Of a DNA stretch of 64,000 bases, positions 1 through 9,173 are shown piece by piece (within the stretch, counting starts at the first letter, position 1; each line of letters starts with the position of its first letter). The stretch is from an uncultured bacterium (lineage in GTDB: Bacteria; Hydrothermota; UBA3072). A program made the translations under genes and the position numbers. Under the pieces are notes generated by a model, which saw nothing but the letters and a program-made list of their open reading frames with translations, did no database searches and was not told the origin of the DNA. Where the stretch lies: contig CAZSEX010000004.1 in the NCBI GenBank assembly GCA_964606065.1, positions 8,311-72,310 of the forward strand. Reading direction: 5' to 3'.

Positions 1-833
1 TCATTTAATATAAATGCTTTATAAGCTATTATTTCTTTCTTTTTTAATTTTTCACCCTTAAACGCTCTGCTGTGTATATCGGCAGCGATTTTACCCGACA
101 CCGGGAAAGAATAAGGTTTTTCCATTCCGTGATCGCTTGATATACAGCCGTGTTCGGAGAAATAGTCGTGTCTTTTTTTTAGAGCGGCCAAAAGTCCTTC
201 GAGCCGACCTGTATCTTCACCGGTTTTCTTTCCCAGTTCTTCAAGAGAATCTTTCCAGATGCCGTTTTCAATATTCATTACTTTATCGGGTCGCCAGGTG
301 GGAAGTATTACCGGTTTGTCGAGTTCTTCCTTTGCTTTTACATGATATTTTAAATCGGAAATAGGATCATCGGTTGTGCACATCAATTCTATTCGCATGT
401 ATTTCAATAAATTTTGAGGGGTCATGGATTCATCTTCTAAAAGCGCTGAAGTCTTTTCCCAGATTGCGTCTGAGGTTTGTTTGGAAATTAGTTCCTGTAT
501 TCCGAATCTTCTTCTTAAATCGAGGTGTATCCATTCATAAGTTGGATTACCTCCAAGCTCTGGAAAAATCTCGGCAAGAGCTGTCCACTTTTCTCTGTTT
601 GTCGCTTCCCCCGTGATTTTTTCTTCAGGTACACCTTTTCTTCGCATTAATTCCCAGACGTAATGATCTGTTTCCCCCTCGGCTTCCCAGATGTCTTTTG
701 CCGGTTTGTTGCGGACGATTTCCTCTATGTCGCTGTGACTGTGGAGGTCTATTATAGGTAAATCTTTTATTCTCGCGTAAAGTTCTATCGCGGCTGTGCT
801 TTCTAATAGATAATCATCATCTAAAAACCCCAT
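1..833 (-). CDS. uxaC: Glucuronate (uronate) isomerase, 3' end truncated by the window edge
   Basis: Not in the ORF track. Manual translation from ATG at 833 gives MGFLDDDYLLES...LPIIDLHSH...TDHYVWELMRRKGVPE...GNPTYEWIHLDLRRRFGI...MCTTDDP...LPTWRPDK...SDHG, the UxaC signature. The frame is open to base 1. Confidence 0.93.
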   Translation of the reverse strand, partial: MGFLDDDYLLESTAAIELYARIKDLPIIDLHSHSDIEEIVRNKPAKDIWEAEGETDHYVWELMRRKGVPEEKITGEATNREKWTALAEIFPELGGNPTYEWIHLDLRRRFGIQELISKQTSDAIWEKTSALLEDESMTPQNLLKYMRIELMCTTDDPISDLKYHVKAKEELDKPVILPTWRPDKVMNIENGIWKDSLEELGKKTGEDTGRLEGLLAALKKRHDYFSEHGCISSDHGMEKPYSFPVSGKIAADIHSRAFKGEKLKKKEIIAYKAFILN

Positions 834-886
834 ATTTTATCTCCGTGTTTTTAAAAAGTTTTAATTTTTTTATTGTAACCCCTGAT

Positions 887-923
887 TTGTTAACAAGGTA
901 ATGTGAATTTGTCGTTCTGTCAA
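887..923 (-). promoter_or_regulatory. Sigma70-type promoter of uxaC with an overlapping palindrome
   Basis: Minus strand TTGACA (923-918), N17, TACCTT (900-895). Palindrome TTGTTAACAA at 887-896. Confidence 0.55.
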
Positions 924-948
924 GTGTGTTCCGCCCTTCAACACCTAT

Positions 949-1091
949 TTTAACCACGAAACACACGAAAGACACTAAACCCAACAACCCTTTTTAAATT
1001 TGGGTTAAAAAAATACACGGAAAAACCGATTCTCACAAAGAAACACTGAGAGCACAGAGATTTTTTAATTCAACATTCAAAATTCACAATT
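949..1091. repeat. Left-facing cluster of short-period repeats (A: 949-979; cacagag-type 1017-1059; B: 7-mer type 1066-1091)
   Basis: A (tttaaccacgaaacacacgaaagacactaaa) is a 29/31 inverted match to 5124-5154. B (taattcaacattcaaaattcacaatt) matches the reverse complement of 5076-5109. Confidence 0.8.
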
Positions 1092-1158
1092 ATTTTCCTT
1101 CCTAACCTTCTAACATCCTAACTGCTTTTAAAACTATTTGACTATTAAGTTTTTTACA

Positions 1159-3414
1159 TTATCTTGTTAGAAGTGCTTTTTTTGTGATCGATCTATTCCC
1201 GGCTGTCATTCTCAAGAAATAAATGCCTGAAGATGTATTTTGAGCGTTCCATCTTACGCTATGGTGACCTGCATTCATTTTCCCGTTTACCAGTTTTGCC
1301 ACTTCCTGTCCCAGCATATTATATACTGATAATTTAACATGAGCGGGTTTAGATAATATGTAATCGATATTCGTTGTTAAGATAAACGGGTTGGGATAGT
1401 TTTGCTCCATGCTGAATCCGAGCGGAGACTTATCATATTCTTGGTATTCTACTATGCTTATGTTTCCCGGGTGGCGACCTGGATGAGAATAGCTGAGCCC
1501 GTCGTACCAGGTGCGGCAGATGTCGCCTGCTTCTATGCCTGCTCTACCGACCTTGATTGCTTCATCGTCGATGAAAACATTCAGGTTGTCATTGGTTTCT
1601 ATTACGACTCTTCCGAGATAAGCCTGGTAAAGAAAGGTATTACCCCCACCAGTCAATACTAATTCGCAATTATGATCTTTACTCATTACCTGTTTGCAAG
1701 CCATCTGCCTGAATATTTGCATATTATTGCTGTCGAGGCCCGCTTCTATTCGCCAGTCGTCTAAAGGGTTCGCCCAGAAGTTAGCCCATACGTCATAAGT
1801 TCCTTCTTCGATATCGGTTACCCGCGTTTTGATAACAGGCGCGTCTTCATATCCAATTTCGGCGGAAGTCAGTACGGAATTGCCATTTCCGTAAGAAGTC
1901 CTTATGTGCCACTGGTTGTCCGAAGGACCCGCATTATCATCCGGACCGGTTGTAATGAGAGTCGAACCATCTGCTAAAAATGTATTTTCTGTGGAAGCAT
2001 CCACATAACTCATCAGTACGGTAGAATCCGATGAGTTTTCTGTAATTCCTACAATAGCGGCGTCGTATTCCTGCGCTCTGAAATAAGTTCCCCTGAACCA
2101 CAGTAATGCAATATCGTTTTCGTTCCATTCTGGTATTATAGGTCGGAAATTATCACGTTCGGAATTTACAGTTATATCGGTCCATTCCCAGGTTGCTCCA
2201 TCGTCTGAGCTGACTCCTTTAAATATTTCGCGGGTGCCTAAAAATGTTGCATCGTTACTTGGATTATAAGGCGTCGAAACATAAATAATGTTGGGGTCGC
2301 TCGGATGTATCGCCGCAAGACCTACATAATCCTCTTCGGAAAAATACATTTTCTTACCTGCTTTGCACAGATATGTCGATGTCCAGCTCGAACCGTCGAA
2401 ACGGCAGTATATGAAAGCATGATCGGGGTCGCTCGAACTGCCGCCTGTTCTTGCCGATATTATCGCGGCGATTGTTCCGTCCTCGTATGTCTGCACATCT
2501 ATATTCCAGCAATTCGTCATCGTGTAACCATTTAATTCTGTATTTGCCGCAAAGACAGTTGTGAAATTATTTGTCGTGGGAATGAAAGATTTACTATATA
2601 TATCGGAATCGACCTCGGCATCGAAAGAATTGTATACTTTGCCGTCGTATATGTATGCGTGATATATGCTGGTGTTATAGTTACGGGGATGGGTTTCCGT
2701 GCAGATAAAATCTATCCGGTCGATTCCGTTTCCCCAGTATTTGTAATAACCTCTACTATACCCGCCCACAGTACCGGCTGATAACTGGCCTCCGTAAGAC
2801 CATCTATCCCCGCCATTATCGGAATACATGAAGTTGGGGGCTCCTCCGTCGTTACCCCGCGCGAAATTGAACATCCTGCCTTCATCAGAAAGGTAATATA
2901 AATTTGAATAAGTGGTCTGATAATCCGACCCTCCGGGTATCGAATCGTCCCAGCTAAATTCATATTCCGTGCTCCATACCCCTGCATCATATATTCTGAA
3001 AAACGAACTCTCCAGTCCGAAATGTGCTGCGTAAAATGCCGTATATTTACCGTCGGGTCTAATAAGAAGACCGGGTGCGTGGTGATCGTCACAGTAAAAT
3101 TGACCGCCGCCTTCTCTCAGAACGTATCTTCGCGGCGTCATCGATTGTAGGTCGAATATGACGGCTTCGACATCTCCGAAACGGGGAGCATTGCCGCAGC
3201 CGGAATCCGAGGCTATGGAACCTACAACTAATTTATTTCCTGTTGTGTCGATAACCGACCGTTCATCCTGATACCAGCACCAGGCGCCGTTGTCGGTGAA
3301 TTGAATTAAATTGCCGTTTACGATATCCTGTGTCTGACCAAAAGTGCTTATACAAAGTAGCATAAGTAAAATTACTGTATAAGAAAATCTATTAACGATA
3401 AATTTTTTGTCCAT
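1159..3414 (-). CDS. Secreted BNR-repeat (beta-propeller-like) protein with a T9SS-type C-terminal sorting domain
   Basis: N-terminal signal peptide. BNR-like SxDxGxTW motifs (SDNGGDRW, SSDDGATW) and a DNGAWCWYQDER...DDHHAP N-terminus of BNR_4-like proteins. C-terminal QNYPNPF...YNMLGQEVAKLV...SSGIYF...KK.LLTR. Confidence 0.75.
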   Translation of the reverse strand: MDKKFIVNRFSYTVILLMLLCISTFGQTQDIVNGNLIQFTDNGAWCWYQDERSVIDTTGNKLVVGSIASDSGCGNAPRFGDVEAVIFDLQSMTPRRYVLREGGGQFYCDDHHAPGLLIRPDGKYTAFYAAHFGLESSFFRIYDAGVWSTEYEFSWDDSIPGGSDYQTTYSNLYYLSDEGRMFNFARGNDGGAPNFMYSDNGGDRWSYGGQLSAGTVGGYSRGYYKYWGNGIDRIDFICTETHPRNYNTSIYHAYIYDGKVYNSFDAEVDSDIYSKSFIPTTNNFTTVFAANTELNGYTMTNCWNIDVQTYEDGTIAAIISARTGGSSSDPDHAFIYCRFDGSSWTSTYLCKAGKKMYFSEEDYVGLAAIHPSDPNIIYVSTPYNPSNDATFLGTREIFKGVSSDDGATWEWTDITVNSERDNFRPIIPEWNENDIALLWFRGTYFRAQEYDAAIVGITENSSDSTVLMSYVDASTENTFLADGSTLITTGPDDNAGPSDNQWHIRTSYGNGNSVLTSAEIGYEDAPVIKTRVTDIEEGTYDVWANFWANPLDDWRIEAGLDSNNMQIFRQMACKQVMSKDHNCELVLTGGGNTFLYQAYLGRVVIETNDNLNVFIDDEAIKVGRAGIEAGDICRTWYDGLSYSHPGRHPGNISIVEYQEYDKSPLGFSMEQNYPNPFILTTNIDYILSKPAHVKLSVYNMLGQEVAKLVNGKMNAGHHSVRWNAQNTSSGIYFLRMTAGNRSITKKALLTR

Positions 3415-3478
3415 TAAAAAAGCCTCCTTATGCTTTTTTTATCGAAAGAATTTATAAGGATGGTTAAGTTATTCTCTA

Positions 3479-3522
3479 TATTAATCGGCGATTAATACTA
3501 CTAAAATTTGTTCCTCTGTCAA
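3479..3522 (-). promoter_or_regulatory. Promoter of the BNR gene with a 19-bp palindromic operator candidate
   Basis: TTGACA (3522-3517), N16, TAGTAT. Palindrome TATTAATCG-G-CGATTAATA at 3479-3497 overlaps the -10/start region. Confidence 0.55.
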
Positions 3523-3527
3523 GCCTG

Positions 3528-4010
3528 AAGCCCATCCCGGCCCAATTTTTTAACATAGAGGACACAGAGAGAAGACAAAACACAGAGAACACGGAGAAAA
3601 CCCGTTGGGATTAGAAACAGTGTAATTGGTGGTATGTGATATGAGATAAGAGATAAGGGATAAGGGATAAGTGGTAAGTGTTTTTTCTTAATCCTTGCTC
3701 TTCTTTGATTTTGCTCATCTAATCCTTGATCCTCGCTCGACTTCCTTGCCGTTCTACTAATCCAAAATAATATCACACACAAAGCCACCCCCTATGGAAT
3801 AAAAGTCGTTATTCCATAGGGCAGGCAAAGGACACAAAGAAAAACAACAAAATTAATATCAATTATTAAAACCCTCATCCCTTACTAAAAATAGGAACAA
3901 CAAATTACACGAATATCACAAATGATTTTAATGTTTTTGTTTTTTGGCTAATGACTGGCGACTGGTGACTGATGACTAAGTTAGGCACAAAGAACACAAA
4001 GTTTATAACT
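3528..4010. repeat. Pile-up of several short-period repeat families plus a 13-bp hairpin between divergent promoters
   Basis: acacagaga-type (3553-3598), gataagg 7-mers (3640-3680), tccttgatcctcgctc (3723-3742), hairpin ccctatggaataa/ttattccataggg (3790-3821), acacgaat-type (3893-3922), gtgactg 7-mers (3948-3979), cacaaag-type (3985-4002). Confidence 0.75.
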
Positions 4011-4127
4011 GTTGGTCGGTGGGTCCTTTAGAATGTATTTTATCCCCCTTCCGCTTGACTAAAAGATAAAGAGTATATAATATATAATAATTAAAAAAAG
4101 GAAATTTTTAAATATTTAGGAGGTCTT

Positions 4128-5036
4128 ATGGAATTTTTTAGAAACAAAATAAAATACTATTCTCAATCATTTCTCTTTATTTTTATTGCTCTGGCTTTTC
4201 TTTTTTCCTGTAAAAATGACAGTACCGGTCCCTCTACAAGTACCTCCACCACTTCATCTGCCACCACTACTACTATTTATACTCCTCCTTCTCCTCAGAT
4301 AGAAAAAAAGGATACTTTAAATGAAGTTTCAATCAAGCTGAGTGGAGGAGCTTTTGAACTTTCAAATAACGCGTGGGGATATCCCTGTAATTCAGATGAG
4401 TGTTATCAGGCAATCATACTTTATACGGACGGTAGTTACGGCTGGGAGTGGTGTAGAGATACAACAAATGATACAGATCCAAATTATCCTGAAGTTATAT
4501 GCGGTACCAAGCCCTGGGGCACACAAACGGGGGTTTCAATTTTCCCGATACAGATTAAAGATATAAATTCTTGCGACGCTGAGATAGATATTGCGTTTGG
4601 TGTAGAGGGAAATAACTGGAATTTTGCTTTTGATTTCTGGTTGACTGCGCAGGAACCGGGAGGAACTGATGTTTCGGGCTCGATAACCGATGAAGTTATG
4701 ATATGGCTCGGCTGGGGATCTACCCACGATGGAGTTAGTATAGTAGAACAGGATGCAATTGCCGATGGGGAAAACATTTATGATTATGCGCAGTATTATT
4801 CTGTCGACTGGGATTACCATCAATTCAGGATTTCCGGTGAACAGAGAATTCCGTCTGCAATTGATTTAAAACTTTTTATAGATTACGTTAAAGATAGATA
4901 CAGTAAGAGTGATACGCTCTGGGTAGGCGGTATGGAATTGGGAAACGAATACTGGGATTTCACCGAAGGAGCATGTACGGTAAAAGTTCTGAATTATACG
5001 GTAAACGGAGTAACTGCTGTTAGCGGTTCGAACTGA
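4128..5036 (+). CDS. GH12 endoglucanase/xyloglucanase, lipoprotein with Ser/Thr linker
   Basis: Lipobox FLFSC, then a STSTSTTSSATTTT linker. GH12 motifs SNNAWG, YPEVICGTKPWG, FPIQI, NFAFDFW, DEVMIWL (nucleophile Glu) and GMELGNE (acid/base Glu). Confidence 0.85.
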   Translation: MEFFRNKIKYYSQSFLFIFIALAFLFSCKNDSTGPSTSTSTTSSATTTTIYTPPSPQIEKKDTLNEVSIKLSGGAFELSNNAWGYPCNSDECYQAIILYTDGSYGWEWCRDTTNDTDPNYPEVICGTKPWGTQTGVSIFPIQIKDINSCDAEIDIAFGVEGNNWNFAFDFWLTAQEPGGTDVSGSITDEVMIWLGWGSTHDGVSIVEQDAIADGENIYDYAQYYSVDWDYHQFRISGEQRIPSAIDLKLFIDYVKDRYSKSDTLWVGGMELGNEYWDFTEGACTVKVLNYTVNGVTAVSGSN

Positions 5037-5048
5037 GAGGATGCTGGT

Positions 5049-5154
5049 AGGCGAGTGAGGATTAAGGACGATAATAATTATGAGTTTTTAGTTTTGAATT
5101 ATGAATTAGAAACAACAAAAATATTTAGTGTGTTTCGTGTGTTTAGTGGTTAAA
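5049..5154. repeat. Right-facing repeat cluster (D' 5049-5068, B' 5076-5109, A' 5124-5154)
   Basis: Reverse-complement partners of 3723-3742 (17/20), 1066-1091 and 949-979 (29/31). Confidence 0.8.
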
Positions 5155-5168
5155 TAACTTTTTTGTAA

Positions 5169-7628
5169 TTATTCGGATTGAGTTAGCAAGTCATTCACAG
5201 CGTTTACGAGAAATATATACGACGCTCCTCCGCTGATGACGTATTCGTTTTCTCCCCAGAGGAAAGGCCAGTCTTCCTTGTTCTCCGGAAAATCGGGTTT
5301 AAGGATAATAACTCCCGGAACCACGCCTCCCGCGATGAATGAAAAATCTGCTCTGTTATTTCCGTATGCTACCATTTTTGAATCTGTGCCAACGCCCGAC
5401 ACAAAGGAGATATCCGAACCCGGGTGACATCCGTAAATAAAGTTTAATCCTTTAAAGACGTATTCTCGGTCGACTAATTCAGGGAAAGCTTTATGTGTAA
5501 AATAATTGGTGATAGAAAATAGCATAGCCCATCCGCTGCCGCCCCAGCCGGCGGTCGGAACAGGAACTCCGTAAGGATTTTGTTTCTCTAATTCTTCGAT
5601 AAACTTTATATTAGACTGTGCAAGTTTTTTCATTTCTTTTTCATACGCTTTATCCATGTGCGGTATAGCACGGATAAGAGGAGTAACAGAAAAAATTAAC
5701 CATTTCTCGTCTATTTCATTGATTAATTCCTTTATTCTGTTTTTATATTTATCATTTTTTGTACTTATTAAAAGCTCGACCGCGCACTTAAGCTCTTCTG
5801 CCGGGAGCAGTCCCCCTGTGGTGTTGCCTACCTTAAATGTATCCGGTTCGTGGCTGTGTTCTTCGGCCCAAACTTTTTTGGCTGTCGCAAGGCACTCTTC
5901 TGCAAGTTTGTCATTGTATCCCAAAAGGGCTCTCGAAGCTGCTGCGAGAGCCGCCGCGGAACCGTAATTTAAGGCACTTGATTTACTTGTGAAAGCCCAT
6001 CTGTCATCAGGTGTACCGATAACATTATCCGTTTTACTTTCCGCGTCTCCAAGATGTGTATATTGTGATAAATTAGATGAGATTATTCCCGGAATAGCAT
6101 GACCGACCGCTCTGTACTGCGCGATTAGCGCAAGCGTTCCGTGTTCTATCTGTTGAAGTATGTCCGGTATTCCGTCGGGATGGTGTATATCTACATATCG
6201 GTTTTCCTGGTTTATGGTTGTTTCGTCGCGCATCGGGCGAAAATTTTCCCAGGTTAGGACTAAATTTGTTATTACGGAATAATGTGTTTGCGTACGGATG
6301 TCGTAATCGCCTGCGTCGAACCAGCCGCCGATATTCAAGTCCGGAATATGTTTTCCTCCTTTATAAGGAGTGTCCGTTGTCGGTCCCTGAGCGTAAAGGT
6401 CGAAATGTTTGTGATTAACCGGAGCCTGAAGCGCATCATCTAAGTGAGGTGCTCCGTGCCAGACTCGATAGGCTTCGTTTACGAACATGTGATCCATCTG
6501 TACGGGGAAGAAAATATCCAGTGTCGGATGCCATGCGTCTTTGTAAATATCCCGCGCGATTCTGAAAGGTTTTGTGCGAACCTCTCCGTATTCTATCAGG
6601 TACAAACCCGGTTCTTTTACGTTTGTAAAATCGAAGGTAAAATAATTATATCTAAAAAATTTCCCCCATTTTTTTATTTGGCTTTGATGTTTTTGGACAA
6701 AATTTCCTTCTTCTGTTATTTTGAGCAAGCGCGCTGTCTTCAGCGGGTGGTCGTTTTTATCCAGTTCTATAACCGCGATCTTTTTTTGATTGGGGTGGTA
6801 TCCGAGCTGCGAATGACCGATAACAGGGGGGCGAATCCAGTCCGGTATCGTGTTAGCTTCTAAAAACCATTCTATAACTTTACCGGATTTACCTTTTGGA
6901 ATAAGACTGCGCAGAACATACCATCCGTTTTGAGCTTTGTTTCGACCGTCGTATAATAAAAGTTCGTTGTCCTTACTTTTTATAGTTACATGCCTTTCGG
7001 GATCTTCGGGCGCAAGAGTGATTTGTTTTCCTATGGCTATCGGTTTTGGTTCTGTTTCACCGGATTTTGTTTTTCTCATGGGTCCGGTGGGGTAGAGGGG
7101 AAAAGTACCGGTTTTTCCGTCCATTATATAAGCTTTTTCGAAATATGCTGACGGAAGAAATTCAAGGTTGAAGCCGGCTTTTCCTTCGAGTCCTTTCGGA
7201 AGAGGTTTTTCGAGGTGTATACTAAGAAGAATTCCGCCGTCTTTTGCGGTTGCTTTTATCAAGAAGTCGAAATCATAATCGGGGTATTCCAACAGCACTT
7301 CGATGCTGTTTTCTTTTTTGTTTATTTTTCTTTCTATTAGATTGGGAAACGGGTCCCACTGTCCGGGTGTAGGTTCCAGTCGAACGTCGCCGTTTGTGGC
7401 TGTCCTTACTTCGTGGTGAATTATTTCGATTCCGCTAATTTTTGAGTCGTCGAAGTTTTCGTTGTACAAGTTGCTGTAGACCAGTACATTTAATCCCTGT
7501 TTTTCGAAATATTCGAAATCGTTTAATTGAAGATTGTTCCCGGAAACATCTAATGAAAAGAGTAATTGCGCGCTTAAAAAGATTATTGTTGACAGTTTGA
7601 ATTTTAGACAGAAATCGGGCTTTTTCAT
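5169..7628 (-). CDS. GH9 glycoside hydrolase with N-terminal extension and Ig-like (CelD_N) domain
   Basis: GHSQLGYHPNQKK (CelD_N) and GGWFDAGDYD (GH9 catalytic Asps). Start revised from TTG 7673 to ATG 7628 because TTGACA(7669-7664)-N16-TATCCT lies within the upstream extension. Confidence 0.88.
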   Translation of the reverse strand: MKKPDFCLKFKLSTIIFLSAQLLFSLDVSGNNLQLNDFEYFEKQGLNVLVYSNLYNENFDDSKISGIEIIHHEVRTATNGDVRLEPTPGQWDPFPNLIERKINKKENSIEVLLEYPDYDFDFLIKATAKDGGILLSIHLEKPLPKGLEGKAGFNLEFLPSAYFEKAYIMDGKTGTFPLYPTGPMRKTKSGETEPKPIAIGKQITLAPEDPERHVTIKSKDNELLLYDGRNKAQNGWYVLRSLIPKGKSGKVIEWFLEANTIPDWIRPPVIGHSQLGYHPNQKKIAVIELDKNDHPLKTARLLKITEEGNFVQKHQSQIKKWGKFFRYNYFTFDFTNVKEPGLYLIEYGEVRTKPFRIARDIYKDAWHPTLDIFFPVQMDHMFVNEAYRVWHGAPHLDDALQAPVNHKHFDLYAQGPTTDTPYKGGKHIPDLNIGGWFDAGDYDIRTQTHYSVITNLVLTWENFRPMRDETTINQENRYVDIHHPDGIPDILQQIEHGTLALIAQYRAVGHAIPGIISSNLSQYTHLGDAESKTDNVIGTPDDRWAFTSKSSALNYGSAAALAAASRALLGYNDKLAEECLATAKKVWAEEHSHEPDTFKVGNTTGGLLPAEELKCAVELLISTKNDKYKNRIKELINEIDEKWLIFSVTPLIRAIPHMDKAYEKEMKKLAQSNIKFIEELEKQNPYGVPVPTAGWGGSGWAMLFSITNYFTHKAFPELVDREYVFKGLNFIYGCHPGSDISFVSGVGTDSKMVAYGNNRADFSFIAGGVVPGVIILKPDFPENKEDWPFLWGENEYVISGGASYIFLVNAVNDLLTQSE

Positions 7629-7810
7629 TTTATCTGTTTTTAGGATATGCTTTTTGTTAAATCTGTCAAGCAAATCAAACTAATCCTCTACAACCAACAT
7701 CTTTTATCACAGGACACACAGAATCCCTACAGCTCAACTACCCAAAAGTAATCGATTTTTATATGAGAGTATCTTTAAACCATTTACGAACATAAGGCTA
7801 AGAGGATTTT

Positions 7811-8167
7811 TTATTCTGTATTCTGCTTTTGCGAATCCTCTAAAATTTTTTCAATTAAAGATTTGATTTCAGGCAATCTTTTTTTTACTACTTCCCAGAC
7901 TATTTCATAATCAACCCCAAAGTAGAAATGTATGATTTTATCTCTCATTTTTGCCATATCAATCCAGGATAAATCTTTATATCTTTTACGGATTGACTCG
8001 GGTATATTCTTTGTCGCTTCTCCGATCACTTCGATCTCGCGTACTACCGCGCTTTTGGTTTTTTCATCCCGCATAAATTCATCAAAGCTATTATAACTTA
8101 TAAAATTCTCAATCTTATTTATGGATGTTAGAATATCCTTTATAAAAAGTTTATAATCCCTTTTCAT
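7811..8167 (-). CDS. HepT-like (DUF86/HEPN) RNase toxin
   Basis: 118 aa with EVIGEA and an intact R-x4-H motif (MRDKIIH) followed by YFGVDYEIVW. Overlaps the upstream nucleotidyltransferase gene. Confidence 0.88.
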   Translation of the reverse strand: MKRDYKLFIKDILTSINKIENFISYNSFDEFMRDEKTKSAVVREIEVIGEATKNIPESIRKRYKDLSWIDMAKMRDKIIHFYFGVDYEIVWEVVKKRLPEIKSLIEKILEDSQKQNTE

Positions 8168-8457
8168 ATCTCCACTGCTTCGCTTAATATTTGGTCTCTT
8201 AGCTCCATTCTTAAAACAGGTTTTCTTACTAAATCTACCTTTACTCCCAATATATTTTCAAGGTATCTTTCGATTTCAATGAACTTTAAAAGGTCCGGTG
8301 TTTCATGAAAATCTACAAGAATATCTACATCACTCTTTTTGTTCTGTTCATTTCTGACATAAGAGCCGAAGATGGCTATACTTTTTACTTTATATTCTTC
8401 TTCAAGTTTCTTTTTATGTTCATTGATAATTTTTTTTAACTCTTCTAACCTTTTCAT
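8164..8457 (-). CDS. MntA-like minimal nucleotidyltransferase antitoxin
   Basis: IFGSYVRNEQNKKSDVDILV (GS...DxD) and LGVKVDLV. Confidence 0.9.
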   Translation of the reverse strand: MKRLEELKKIINEHKKKLEEEYKVKSIAIFGSYVRNEQNKKSDVDILVDFHETPDLLKFIEIERYLENILGVKVDLVRKPVLRMELRDQILSEAVEI

Positions 8458-8735
8458 ATATACATTATCTCCAAAAATTTTTCAATATTGGTAAGGATAA
8501 GGGAAATGTCGTGAATAGTCAAGGGGATTGTTGCAGGGGATTTCGCAAAAAATAACAAATTGTGCTATTTATATGAATTGTTGTTTCTCTTTGTTATTTT
8601 TTTGTGTTTTTTAAACGGTTCAACGGACTAAACGACCCACAGACCAGCGTTTTAAAATCTCTGTATTCTCCGCGTTTCAAATGTGGGGTATAAGTTGATA
8701 TTCAATTATAAAAGGTTATATTCATTGAAACGGAT

Positions 8736-9173
8736 ATGGAAAATAAAATTTTGATAAAATACAATAAAAACAAGGATAATATAAGAGGGCTTTTTTCAAG
8801 AGAAGAGGTTGTAATCGCTTATATTTTTGGTTCTCTTGTAAAAAATAAAATTTCTTCTCTGAGCGATATAGACTTCGCGGTATATCTCGATGAGGGTTTA
8901 TCGGACAATAAGAAGTACAGTATTTACATGGAATTGCTGAATAGCTTAATATCTGTTTTAGGCGATAATATCGGTCTTGTATTGATGAATTCATCCGAGC
9001 TCCTTATGAATTTTAATATAATTAGAGAGGGAGAAATTATATTCGAGCGTTCGAAAACCGAGAAAGCTCTAATAGAATCAAAAATGATGAATAAATACTT
9101 AGATATAAACTACTATCACAAAAGACATATAAATATTCAGCTCAAGCGAATGGAGAAAGCGGGATTAAAGTGA
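8736..9173 (+). CDS. MntA-like nucleotidyltransferase antitoxin (second copy, longer type)
   Basis: YIFGSLVKNKISSLSDIDFAV motif. Its TGA stop overlaps the GTG of a HepT-like remnant. Confidence 0.85.
   Translation: MENKILIKYNKNKDNIRGLFSREEVVIAYIFGSLVKNKISSLSDIDFAVYLDEGLSDNKKYSIYMELLNSLISVLGDNIGLVLMNSSELLMNFNIIREGEIIFERSKTEKALIESKMMNKYLDINYYHKRHINIQLKRMEKAGLK

Noticed and set aside
3519-3788. 89-aa minus-strand ORF
   Set aside because: It is a translation of the repeat pile-up (LRVLCVLSSLCVL, LIPYPLSLISY), with no protein-like features.
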